A stretch of 63,932 nt of DNA, counting the filler, from Octopus bimaculoides (Eukaryota): the NCBI RefSeq assembly GCF_001194135.2. It is 6 parts of 6 records of this genome, joined end to end, with 100 filler letters (N's around TTAATTAATTAA, not from the genome) between each part and the next. Parts side by side here need not be neighbours in the genome. Positions count along the whole stretch, not along the records: positions 36,484 to 57,660 come from NC_068987.1; positions 57,761 to 62,693 come from NC_069001.1; positions 62,794 to 63,932 come from NW_026363286.1; 3 more parts are not named here. One strand, given 5' to 3'. Each line of letters begins with the position of its first letter. Position 1 is the first letter of the stretch. The position numbers and the translations under genes were made by a program. The notes under the pieces were generated by a model. That model saw only the letters and a list, made by a program, of their open reading frames with translations, did not search any database and was not told where the DNA came from. Shown in pieces: positions 50,556 to 63,090 of this stretch.

Positions 50556-50772
50556 TGAAGGAGTGCTGAAAAGTTCCTGGCTTTAAGGGTGTCACAAAAG
50601 GCTTGTTTGGAGGTTCAACCTTCCGAGTTCTCTTACAAAGCTTAGAAAAACTGAAGGGCCCCTGCAGTAAGTGTGTGAATCTGAAAGGGGAATATGTTGA
50701 ATAAAATTATAATTAATTGATCCTCCTGTATATTCTTTTACTCAAAGTCAGGAACTTTTCAGCACTCCCTTG
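50556..50772 (+). mobile_element. mariner-derived MITE
   Basis: TIRs gaaggagtgctgaaaagttcctggcttt / aaagtcaggaacttttcagcactcccttg, TA flanks, internal transposase tail SKCVNLKGEYVE*. Confidence 0.85.
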
Positions 50773-51039
50773 TATATATAGGTGAATAGTATCTAGAGAT
50801 CCGATTGTAGGATATTAGCTTCAAGCAATAGAGAACGAAAAGTGAGCAGTATACGATAAAGTATAAATATATTAAGGTGGTAACTTATACACTTTTCCCC
50901 ATATCGAAGTTGCTAGGAATTTTGATAAGCTGATTGTTTCCATACAACTCACGGTTAGCAACTGACGCTGCGAAGAACGCAGGACTTACATACATATATG
51001 TATGTGTTTGTGTGTGTATGTGTGTGTGTATCTATGTAA

Positions 51040-51390
51040 GTCATGTAAGCAGGCTTTAGCAAAACCACTTCATATACTTTTCCAGAATTTCCTTGCAGGT
51101 GGTAAATTTCCTGAAAAGCTTAAAAGAAGGCATTATATGCTCTATCCACAGAGGTGGGAGCAGAGCAGAGGCCAAAAACTATAGGCCAATCTCTCTGACT
51201 TCACATATCAGTAAAGTCATAGAACGAATCATCCTAGAAGAAAATTACCTACTGAACAATACACAACATTGAAACAGTTGCTTGACTATTCAGATGTCAG
51301 TGTGACCTATCTTGACTTTACAAAGGCATTTGATAAGGTAGGTCATAGCATATGTCATAAGCTGCGAGACCTTAGCATTGCTGGCAAACT
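51040..51390 (+). mobile_element. CR1/L2-group LINE fragment with deletions
   Basis: CKQALAKPLHILFQNFLAGGKFPEKLK, then RPISLTSHISKVIER and YLDFTKAFDKV. Confidence 0.8.
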
Positions 51391-51571
51391 GGGAGAAATG
51401 TTAAGCAGCATTTCATCCGTCTTCATGTTCTGAGTTTTAATGCCGCCGAGGTCGATTTTACCTTTCATCCTTTTGGGGTCGACGAAATAAGTACTAGTTA
51501 AGCCCTAGGGTCGATGTAATCAACTAGCCCCTCGCCCCAAAATATCAGACCTTGTGCCTATAGTAGAAAGG

Positions 51572-51666
<95 letters not shown>

Positions 51667-54617
51667 TACTATTAAATAAACTATATCTTATCGTGTATAA
51701 TATCTCGTTACTTGAAGGTTGAATAGCTCTGAGCTAGATATTAAAACTAGTCCGGTATATACGATTGAAACACTATTCAATGAAAAATGACCATCTATGC
51801 ATCGTGCTCAATGTGTACACACTGTCGACATTCCAGTTGCTGCAGTACTTGTCCTGAGATCACACCTCTTTGAACGCGCTGTATTGGCCTACAGACAAAA
51901 TATATACATTAGGTACGATACGTAGCTATTTCAACTTAATATCTCAGCTGTGTATACCAGAATTTTAATCAACCGGGCAGCTATTCGCAATATCAATGGA
52001 TGTTTTATTCACTTCTTTTTATATCAGAGGCGATGGGTTCTCATCGGAGAATGCGACTGGCTGCAACTGCGAGCCAGTGAAAAGTCCCTGAAACGCCGAA
52101 ATACAGCTGGCGTTCTCGATGGCCGCTGCCGGGAAGAATTTTCGTGTCCTGATATTAATTGTCTTTAACACAGATATGATTTCTCAGAACAAATAGCGCA
52201 ATAACTAGCCTAACGACATTGTCTTCATTAAATAGGATATGCAGACGATTGTTAGAACCAGCGTGAATGGTTATTATATTTCTATAGCTTCTGATACTTC
52301 TTACTTGGTTTGTATTATGCAGTATCGTGGTGTGTTNNNNNNNNNNNNNNNNNNNNNNNNNNNNNNNNNNNNNNNNNNNNNNNNNNNNNNNNNNNNNNNN
52401 NNNNNNNNNNNNNNNNNNNNNNNNNNNNNNNNNNNNNNNNNNNNNNNNNNNNNNNNNNNNNNNNNNNNNNNNNNNNNNNNNNNNNNNNNNNNNNNNNNNN
52501 NNNNNNNNNNNNNNNNNNNNNNNNNNNNNNNNNNNNNNNNNNNNNNNNNNNNNNNNNNNNNNNNNNNNNNNNNNNNNNNNNNNNNNNNNNNNNNNNNNNN
52601 NNNNNNNNNNNNNNNNNNNNNNNNNNNNNNNNNNNNNNNNNNNNNNNNNNNNNNNNNNNNNNNNNNNNNNNNNNNNNNNNNNNNNNNNNNNNNNNNNNNN
52701 NNNNNNNNNNNNNNNNNNNNNNNNNNNNNNNNNNNNNNNNNNNNNNNNNNNNNNNNNNNNNNNNNNNNNNNNNNNNNNNNNNNNNNNNNNNNNNNNNNNN
52801 NNNNNNNNNNNNNNNNNNNNNNNNNNNNNNNNNNNNNNNNNNNNNNNNNNNNNNNNNNNNNNNNNNNNNNNNNNNNNNNNNNNNNNNNNNNNNNNNNNNN
52901 NNNNNNNNNNNNNNNNNNNNNNNNNNNNNNNNNNNNNNNNNNNNNNNNNNNNNNNNNNNNNNNNNNNNNNNNNNNNNNNNNNNNNNNNNNNNNNNNNNNN
53001 NNNNNNNNNNNNAGGGTTAGGGTAAAACAGCAAATTTAAAAAGAAAAAAGCAAATAAAACGAAGAAAAAAAAAAGAAAATGAAAAAAGCAAATAAAACAG
53101 CCAAAGGAGTAAATGTAAACAACTGAATACTTGTCAGTGATTGGTTGAAATTATCGAAATAAGACAATTTTTTACATGAAATTAATTCGAATACAAAAAT
53201 ATTTTTCTGTTCTATAACACAAAATAGATAAGTATACGAAGTTTGAAAGTCTTTCGGTACCAAAAACACTACGTAAAACATTAATGAAAAATGTGGCCCC
53301 CGTTTTAAAAAAGATCCGTCCGTTTTGCAAACACGGAAACTGTATGGAGGCCAATTGTGTGTATAAATTCAAACACACGCACACACATACACACACACAT
53401 ACACACATGCATACATACATACATACATACATACATACATACATACATACATACATACATACATACATACGTGTGTGCGTGTGTTGCCAAGCGATGTTGG
53501 CGAAAAACCACACACACACGCACACATGTATGTGTGTATGTGTGTGTGTGTGTGTGTGTGCGTGCGTGTGCGTGCATGTGCGTACGTATGTGTATGTGTG
53601 TGTGTGTGTGTGTGCGTGTGTGTGTGTGAATGTATGTATGTACGTGTGTGTGTGTGTATGTGTTTGTCTGTCTGTGTGTCTCTGTGTGTCTGTGTGAATG
53701 GATGTATGTATATGTGTGTGTGCGTGTGTGTGCGTGTGTATCTGTCTCTCTGTCAGTCCCACCACCGCTTGACAGCCGGTTTTGACTTGTTTACGTCCCT
53801 GTAGCTTTACGGTTCGGCAAACCGGAATGACAAAATAAGTACCATACCTAAAAATAAGTTTGTTTTATTTTTTTGATTTTTTTGTTCGACTAGTTCCTTC
53901 AATGCGTTGCTTCAGCATGGCCACAGTCCAATAACTGAAACAAGTAAAAGATAAACGAACGATAAGATACTACTGTAATCATTTAAAAACATTCCGATTA
54001 TATTTAGCATTCGAAATATCAATCTTTAAGTTAAATCCTTAGAATTAGGCTCTGCAATTATTATTTTTTTTTTTTTTCTGTTCTATGCTTTTGATACTCT
54101 GTCTTCTCTTAACGATGTAGACGCAGGCATGGCTGTGTGGTAAAGACGTTTGCATTGCAGCCACGCGTTTTCGGTTTCAATCTTTTATTGTAACCTCTTC
54201 CTGACCAATACCTTGGATGTGAATTTAGTAAACGAAAACTGTGTGGAAGCCTTCGTGCGTGTCTTCATGTTTGTGTTTGTCTCTTACACAGCTTGACAAC
54301 TGGTGTTGATTTGTTTACGCCACTGCAACTAAGCGTTTCTACAAGAGGGCCCGACAGAATAAGTACTGGTGACTTTGTTGGAATAAACTCTTCAGGTCTG
54401 TGCCTCCGCATGGCTGCAGTCCAATGATCGAAACTCGTAAAAGATAATAGAAAGATACAATCCTTTTTTTCCGTTCAGTTTCAGTGATATTCACAGATGA
54501 TCTAATCTGTTTATTAACTCTGTAAAACGCTACGTTTGTAAAGTCAAATGAATAGAGGAGCAGCTATGTGGTCGCTCTACCTGCTACAAATAACAGCTAA
54601 ATATTCCGCAAACCAAA

Positions 54618-54847
54618 TGTCGGGTGACTTTTGGCCAACCAAAAGCATCCCGGTTTTGACCATCCCATCTTTGTATATCAGAGACTTTATTGCCCAACGT
54701 ACTGTAGTATTCGTGATAATCTCTATTTCATTCTCTACTATAATAATTCTTAATTTTGTTAACGTATTTTCTGCTGAAAAACACTGCCTTTGTTTCAATT
54801 AATTTTGAAAATAATGTTTAGTGTCCCGCTCTTAATGTTGTTGTTGG
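54618..54847 (+). repeat. 230 bp direct copy of 56171-56411
   Basis: Near-identical apart from a 12 bp deletion, one extra T and a substitution. Confidence 0.95.
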
Positions 54848-55892
54848 AACTCTTTTCAAAAAAATAACTTCTGACAAAATACCTGGGGAAACGACAAGGT
54901 GATTATAGCTAGAATGGGTTTGATCATATGCTTATTCGATCTGTACTAGCATGGGGTTAAACAATACCAATATTTGTATCATTTTGAGGCGGCGAAATAG
55001 CAGAATCGTTACCGCGCCATGCAAAATGCTTAGCGTTATTTCGTCCATCTGAGTTTAAATTCGGTTCTGAGATCGACTTTGCCTTTTATCCTTCCGTATG
55101 TACCAGTTAATTAGTGTGGTCGATTTTATAGACTTATCCCCACCCGCCAATTTGCTAGCCTTGTGCCACATTGAGAAATCAATATTCATATTGTTCTAAG
55201 GCGGCTTGAAGGCAGAATCGTGAGAATTGTAGTTGATGTAATCAATTTACTCCACCCCCAAACTTGCTGCCTTTGTCCCATAATTTGAGACTGTTTTTTA
55301 TGGCCTTGTGCATTGGTTTGAAACCGTTTATTTCCTTGAGTAGAAATACTAAAAATAGAGCCAAGTATAACTCCGTGTTAGTTGAATAAAGCCTGACAAA
55401 ATGCTGCTACAAGCTCACACAGAACGCTAGAAAAGAAATAAAGAGAGGGACACTAAACTGAATAAATTTGATGGGAACGTCCGTAACAAGTGAGAAGTGA
55501 ATCTTCCTTTTAGTTCAAAAGACTACCATTTAGAGTCAGTCTTTGTAAAAGGACAATGTGAATTAAAATGCAACAATGCCAGTCTCTTGAAATTGTCGCT
55601 TATATTGTCGAGTATCGCGGGGCAAAACAACGTGTAGTTTCTTTAACCGTTGCCAGTGTGAATACGTGAGTAGTTTGCACGTATTAACATCTAAGAAAAG
55701 CATATTTTTGTTGTTTATGAGGAAACATAATAATAGAAGTTTTAGTTATATTGCTTGGCTTTTGAACGCGAATACACATTCAAACATTACACAGGTTCTT
55801 TCAGCAATTCTAAAGAAGGTCAAAACCCAAAACAACTTGCTTTCTAAACGTGGAGGGAAATTGAAATAGCTACTGCATCTGCAACAGTTAAC

Positions 55893-55934
<42 letters not shown>

Positions 55935-55996
55935 CTTCTTCTTCTTCTTGCTGCTATTGTTATTTAGCGCAGCTAAGCCCTTATCGATAAGATATA

Positions 55997-56196
55997 TAGG
56001 GTTGTCCAAAAGTCACCTGACAGTAAATCAAAAACATTTAATTCCTAATGAATAGACAAACGATGAAAAAAAAACCGTGATCTTAACTCACAGCATTCAA
56101 TTATTAAACATCCATACTTAGAATGAATAGATAAAATTGAATATCAAGTATTTATGGAGTTTTGATTTACTGTCGGGTGACTTTTGGCCAACCCTG
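55997..56196. mobile_element. Tc1/mariner-type MITE, 37 bp TIRs, TA flanks
   Basis: tagggttgtccaaaagtcacctgacagtaaatcaaaa versus the reverse complement of ttttgatttactgtcgggtgacttttggccaaccctg. Confidence 0.85.
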
Positions 56197-56401
56197 TATA
56201 TAACCAAAAGCATCCCGGTTTTGACCATCCCATCTTTGTATATCGGAGACTTTATTGCCCAACGTACTGTAGTATTCGTGATAATCTCTATTTCATTCTC
56301 TACTATAATAATTCTTAATTTTGTTAACGTATTTCTGCTGAAAAACACTGCCTTTGTTTCAATTAATTTTGAAAATAATGTTTAGTGTCCCGCTCTTAAT
56401 G

Positions 56402-56582
56402 TTGTTGTTGGCACTCCGTCGCTTACGACGTCGAGGGTTCCAGTTGATCCGATCAACGGAACAGCCTGCTCGTGAAATTAACGTGCAAGTGGCTGAGCAC
56501 TCCACGGACACGTGCACCCTTCTTAACGTAGTTCTCGGGGGATATTCAGCGTGACACAGAGTGTGACAAGGCTGACCCTTTG
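56402..56582 (-). mobile_element. SINE family C, 3' part; runs into a gap
   Basis: gttccagttgatccgatcaacggaacagcctgctcgtgaaattaacgtgcaagtggctgagcactcc, shared with 58455-58530. Confidence 0.75.
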
Positions 56583-57048
56583 NNNNNNNNNNNNNNNNNN
56601 NNNNNNNNNNNNNNNNNNNNNNNNNNNNNNNNNNNNNNNNNNNNNNNNNNNNNNNNNNNNNNNNNNNNNNNNNNNNNNNNNNNNNNNNNNNNNNNNNNNN
56701 NNNNNNNNNNNNNNNNNNNNNNNNNNNNNNNNNNNNNNNNNNNNNNNNNNNNNNNNNNNNNNNNNNNNNNNNNNNNNNNNNNNNNNNNNNNNNNNNNNNN
56801 NNNNNNNNNNNNNNNNNNNNNNNNNNNNNNNNNNNNNNNNNNNNNNNNNNNNNNNNNNNNNNNNNNNNNNNNNNNNNNNNNNNNNNNNNNNNNNNNNNNN
56901 NNNNNNNNNNNNNNNNNNNNNNNNNNNNNNNNNNNNNNNNNNNNNNNNNNNNNNNNNNNNNNNNNNNNNNNNNNNNNNNNNNNNNNNNNNNNNNNNNNNN
57001 NNNNNNNNNNNNNNNNNNNNNNNNNNNNNNNNNNNNNNNNNNNNNNNN

Positions 57049-57121
<73 letters not shown>

Positions 57122-57169
57122 ACTTACTCATCGGCTACTAAAACAAATTTTCTTCTTTATTCGTTACAG

Positions 57170-57415
57170 ACAGTCAATGCAACCAATATAAGACATATCA
57201 GCCACCACATCATTATCATCTACAACAGCAACAACAACAACAGCCGCAGCAGCGGCAGCATCACCAGCAACATCAGCAACAACACCATCATCATCAACAG
57301 CAGCAGCAGCAGCAGCAGCAGCAACAGCAACAGCAGCAGCAACAGCCACGACAGCAACCATATGTACAAGAGTCCTATCCACAACTGTTACTACATAATC
57401 AACCGCAACAGCAGC

Positions 57416-57465
<50 letters not shown>

Positions 57466-57660
57466 ACACAGTTGCAACCACTACCACGTCAGCACCAACA
57501 GTTAGATGAATTCATACCAAACCATTCCAATACAATGTTTATTAGTTCTGATATGAATCCCTTCTCTTCTTCTCCATCGTTGCCACACTATTACCCATCG
57601 TCTCAGTTGAAACAAAAGAAACGCCCGGGAAGGCCAAAAATGAACAATCTTTTTAATGAC
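57170..57660 (+). CDS. PolyQ/His exon of the SAM-Pointed/ETS-family gene with AT-hook-like motif; end obscured by gap (possible donor after 57776)
   Basis: Acceptor ttttcttctttattcgttacAG|57170, phase 1 from the PNT exon; stop-free SQCNQYKTYQPPHHYHLQQQ..Q17..Q20 TQLQPLPRQHQQLDEF..QKKRPGRPKMNNLFND to the gap; ACA|GTAAGA at 57776/57777. Confidence 0.8.
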
Positions 57661-57858
57661 NNNNNNNNNNNNNNNNNNNNNNNNNNNNNNNNNNNNNNNN
57701 NNNNTTAATTAATTAANNNNNNNNNNNNNNNNNNNNNNNNNNNNNNNNNNNNNNNNNNNNTAGCACATCAAATACAGTAAGATGCACCGTTTATACATAA
57801 CAGAACAGCCATGACGACAACGACGACAACAACTACTACTACTACCACTACTACTACG

Positions 57859-57905
<47 letters not shown>

Positions 57906-58391
57906 CATCACTACCACCACCACTACCTCCTGGTCACTCGATCTCATAAATATAGAGCCAAACCTCTTTGAATCACGTGACAGTATACAAAAAAAAAAGA
58001 GGAAGGGTACATTGAATAACGTAGATATAGTAGACGTGAGATAAGACGGGAGTGTCACAGATGGAATGTCGTTGATCCTATATTTTCATGGATTAAGGAA
58101 CGGCCTAGAAATAAACCACAAAGAACAACGAACACGAGACATCACAACACAATCCTTCACCAATACATCACAGAGTTCTTACGGTCCGCCACCTGGTGAG
58201 AAGTTCTAGAAACAAACCGAACATGTGCGGTTACTCATTAAAATTCTCCTTACAACAATAATTTGCTATATTTTTTTTTTTCAAATCCCCCGCCCCACCG
58301 ACAAATTCCGATGTCCTCTCACTCCTCCCCCCTCTCTGTCTCTCACTTTCGTTCCTTCTCTCTTGTCTCTCCTCTGTGTGTGTGTGTGTAA

Positions 58392-58422
<31 letters not shown>

Positions 58423-58433
58423 TGTGTAAACTG

Positions 58434-58930
58434 GCATTCTATCGGTTATGACACGGGTTCCAGTTGATGCGATCAACGGAACATCCTACTCGTGAAATTA
58501 ACGTGCAAGTGGCTGAGCACTCCACAGACACACACGTAGCCCTTAACGTAGTTCTCTGGGAGTTTCAGAATGAACGGACCTTTGAAATACAGGTACTCTT
58601 ACATTTTAGCCAGCTGAATGGACTAGGGCAACGTGGAATAAAGTGTCTTGCTCGAAGACACAACGGGTCGCCGGCAATCGAATGCACGACCTGGGGATAT
58701 AGAGCCCATGATCGTGAGGTCGCGTGTTGTGTCATTGATGTTCGGCTACGTGCTGTGTCCTTGAGCGGGACACTTCATTTCACTTTGGTCCAGTCCGCTC
58801 AGCTGGCAAAAGTGAGTTAGACTTGTAAGTCAAAGGGGCCAGCTATGTCACACTCGGTGGTCACAGTAAATCTCCCCAAGAACTATGTTAAGAGAACACG
58901 TATGACTGAGGAGTACTCAATCACTTGCAA
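58434..58930. mobile_element. Two family-C (CORE-like) SINEs in head-to-head inverted orientation
   Basis: Left gccagctgaatggac..aaagtgtcttgctcgaagacaca (minus) and right tgtgtccttgagcgggacactt..gtccgctcagctggc..caatcacttgca (plus). Confidence 0.8.
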
Positions 58931-59338
58931 ATTTATTTCGCAACACTCGGTGTCATAACCGACGAAATAGCAATTTTGTGTGCGTGCGCGCGCGTATGTG
59001 TACATGTATGTGTGTGTATGTATGTGTGTGTGCGAGTGGGTGTCTCACGCTCACATACACATACACAGATGCACGCTGTATGGCTTATACTCTTTTGTAA
59101 CTCATTCCACCTTACCTCCCCCCCTCCATACCCATACACCCCCATCAACATCACCCCTCCACACCTACACCTGGTACCCCATTTTCCCCTAATTTATTAC
59201 CCTTTCTACCCGACCACCTACTCACAATACCAATGCCATTTCAAACATACACACATGCACGCACACGTATATACATAAACACATATGCATACATACGTAC
59301 AATATATGTATGTACGTATGTATCTGTCTATACATGTG

Positions 59339-59383
<45 letters not shown>

Positions 59384-60028
59384 ATATATATATATATATG
59401 TATATGCGTGTAGCTATATATACTTATGCATACATACATGTATATATTTGTGAGTGTATACGGTTACATATCAACGCTTTTGTATATGGTGTGTAATGTG
59501 TGCCGTGTATACATGCTGCATGCGTGTACATTACGTGTATGTATGCGAATGTAATTATATACGCTTATCACACGTGTCAAAAGTATAAAATAGATGTGAT
59601 TTTTTTTTCAAAATATGCTAAACATGTCTATGCCTTTTTTTTTTTTTACATAATACAAACCAAATCTAAACTATTTACATACGTCTATATATTTATACAT
59701 ACGTTACATACATACACACATACATTCGTACATACACGAAACAGATACGTACAGATATATGTATGTGTGTGTGTGTGTGTTCTATATGTATGTATGTATG
59801 GCTGTATGTCGTCGCGTGTCAGATGTATAAACTGGTGGTACAATGTCGAAACTATCCCATACATGTTTAGCCGTGGTTCTGACAGATGTTCTGGCATGAT
59901 AGACACTTTTATTCACACGTAACACATTAAATACTTCTCAGCACATATATACACGCACACATATATACATCTGTACATACACACAATCTGATATATGTAT
60001 GTAGATGTATATATGTTTGTGTGTGTGA

Positions 60029-60065
<37 letters not shown>

Positions 60066-60645
60066 AATTGTGTGTGTGTGTTTATAAATGTCAATATATA
60101 AATATATTTGTATGTGTGTGTGTGTATACATGTACGTCTATAAGTGCAGGTATATGTATACACATACATATACACGCGCACATACACACACTCACACAGA
60201 CATATACTGAACGATAAAAGGTCAGGTAGTATGAAAGGTAAATATATCTATTTAACCACTTGTTATCCTTATGATTACAGCCGTTTCGTAGCCTTATATC
60301 ACGTAATGATAATTTTAGTGCAAAACAGCTGTAATTCTATGGATAGCAAGTGGTTAAATAAATATATTCGCCTCTCATACGTCGACATTTTTTATGGTTC
60401 ATATACAACTCATGAAATAACTTCATCGATTGGATCTCCTGGATACCAGCTGCATAGAACTCTGCATTATACTTCCCCGTAATAAATTAGTATGTGGTCT
60501 GCTAGCCGGTTTTCTGGCGTTGAAGCATTGGCAGTATTCTCTTTGGGTGCGAATGATGGATTGGTTAAATCTAAATTATAATTACGCCATTTTAGTTTTT
60601 TGCTCTGTTGTGAATTCTTCCATGGCTAATTTTCTCATGTTAATC

Positions 60646-60792
60646 TACCGTATTTTAACGTGTATAAGGAACCCCCTAACTTTTTTTGCGGGGGGGGGGC
60701 TTCAAATACTATCCATGTATTAGAAACTCCCATATTTCTTTAACCTGATTTTTGAGGAAAAGGGGGTTCCTTATACACGTTAAAATACAGTA
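60646..60792. mobile_element. Small TA-flanked MITE (147 bp)
   Basis: taccgtattttaacgtgtataaggaaccccct versus agggggttccttatacacgttaaaatacagta. Confidence 0.85.
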
Positions 60793-61210
60793 AGTCCTGA
60801 CCCCCCACCCCAGAAATAACAAGTATGAGAATTCTGAACATACTATGACATTTTAAAGCCCCTTGGAGACTTTTGGGGCTCTCTTTGTGCTTCTTCGGCT
60901 CATGCCTTCTACTACGTCTTCAAGTGTCACGAATTCTCGATCAACCAGGTTATATAGCAACATGGCCGTCGTGACACAACTAAGTAATGGGGGTGGAGGA
61001 CGTAAGCAAAGCAAGACGGGGCGTCAGGTGGTGGGGGACAACCACCACTACAGGCACATACCCATCCCCACCCACGCACGTATATACATATGTAGACATA
61101 GATATAGATTCATAGAAACTGATATCTGTGTATCTGCCTGTCAAAGTACGTACGTATGTATGTATGTATGTATGTATCTATCTATCTCTGTCTCACTGTC
61201 TCTCTCTCTC

Positions 61211-61281
<71 letters not shown>

Positions 61282-62793
61282 NNNNNNNNNNNNNNNNNNN
61301 NNNNNNNNNNNNNNNNNNNNNNNNNNNNNNNNNNNNNNNNNNNNNNNNNNNNNNNNNNNNNNNNNNNNNNNNNNNNNNNNNNNNNNNNNNNNNNNNNNNN
61401 NNNNNNNNNNNNNNNNNNNNNNNNNNNNNNNNNNNNNNNNNNNNNNNNNNNNNNNNNNNNNNNNNNNNNNNNNNNNNNNNNNNNNNNNNNNNNNNNNNNN
61501 NNNNNNNNNNNNNNNNNNNNNNNNNNNNNNNNNNNNNNNNNNNNNNNNNNNNNNNNNNNNNNNNNNNNNNNNNNNNNNNNNNNNNNNNNNNNNNNNNNNN
61601 NNNNNNNNNNNNNNNNNNNNNNNNNNNNNNNNNNNNNNNNNNNNNNNNNNNNNNNNNNNNNNNNNNNNNNNNNNNNNNNNNNNNNNNNNNNNNNNNNNNN
61701 NNNNNNNNNNNNNNNNNNNNNNNNNNNNNNNNNNNNNNNNNNNNNNNNNNNNNNNNNNNNNNNNNNNNNNNNNNNNNNNNNNNNNAGAGAGAGAGAGAGA
61801 GAGACTGGTAGATGTGGTTGGGATGATGGGAGGAGGGGGAGGCTGGAGGGGGGGACTAAAAGCTGAAGTGTTGTAAGAAGAAAGAAGAAAAGAAAAAGAA
61901 AACAGGGTGCAGAGGTCAGAATAACAACAACAATGTTAACAAGATGTTTAACAATACAAAGCAACCATTTTGTAAAGCCATACTCGAAGCTTCAACGCCT
62001 CACTAGTAAGTGGAAGGTGAGTGGAGCCTGCTGCCTTTGCTGCTGCTGCTGCTACTGCTACTACTGCTGCTGCTGTGGCTGTTGTTGTTGTTGTTGTTGT
62101 TGTAGTCAATTGTTATTTTGCATAATTGACTGACGTATAACATGTTTAACAAAGACGCTCTCAGGTGGTCTCTCAGAAGAAACTTCTTTCTTTCACCACT
62201 CGGCTCCTTTCCTCCCACCTCACCCTCTCTTTCACTCTCTTCATTTTTTTCATTTCACTTTCCTTCCTGCCTTTCTTCCGTCCTTCCTTTCTTCTCTCAC
62301 TACCGCAACACACACACACACACACACACATCTATACATGCATATACATATTCGTACGTATGTACTATATATATGTGTATGTACATAATCATATATACAA
62401 ATCCCTAATGTAAAATATATATACTCATGTCAATATGTATGTTTGTGTGTGTATATATATATACATACATACATACATATTTGAGAATTTTTTAAGTGAG
62501 CTTCTTCTAGCATATTGACAGACCGGTTACTGGTCAATCTTATATACACAAGTGCTATAATCTTCTTAGGATCTCGAAAAATTTTTTTCAAGAACCTTCT
62601 GATTCTTTTAATGTGCTAGTTTCCTGGTATTAAATTGATATTAATTAATATCGCGAATTTTTACCATATTATGTTAATTATATATATATATATNNNNNNN
62701 NNNNNNNNNNNNNNNNNNNNNNNNNNNNNNNNNNNNNTTAATTAATTAANNNNNNNNNNNNNNNNNNNNNNNNNNNNNNNNNNNNNNNNNNNN

Positions 62794-63090
62794 ATTTTCG
62801 AGCAAGATCATTGCCAGTGCCCCTGGACTGGCTCTTGTGCGGGTGGCACATAAAATACACCATTTTGAGCATGGCCGTTGCCAGTACCGCCTGACTGGCC
62901 TTCGTAGGATTTTCGAGCAAGATCATTGCCAGTGCCCCTGGACTGGCTCTTGTGCGGGTGGTACATAAAATACACCATTTTGAGCGTGGCCGTTGCCAGT
63001 ACCGCCTGACTGGCCTTCGTGCCGGTGACACCCATTACACTCTTGAAGTGGTTGACTTTAGGAAGGGCATCCAGGCGTAGAAAAGGGCGC
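62794..63090 (+). mobile_element. RTE 3' UTR fragment with a 115 bp tandem duplication
   Basis: Units start at 62794 and 62909; reverse complement of the modules at 11670-11760. Confidence 0.75.

Noticed and set aside
52028-52170. GC-rich segment after a plausible acceptor, as an extra exon
   Set aside because: Stops in the phase required after the PNT exon and no convincing donor.
62030-62110. (TGC)n/(TTG)n tract as a minus-strand polyQ exon
   Set aside because: In-frame TAG codons in the Gln frame and no splice signals.
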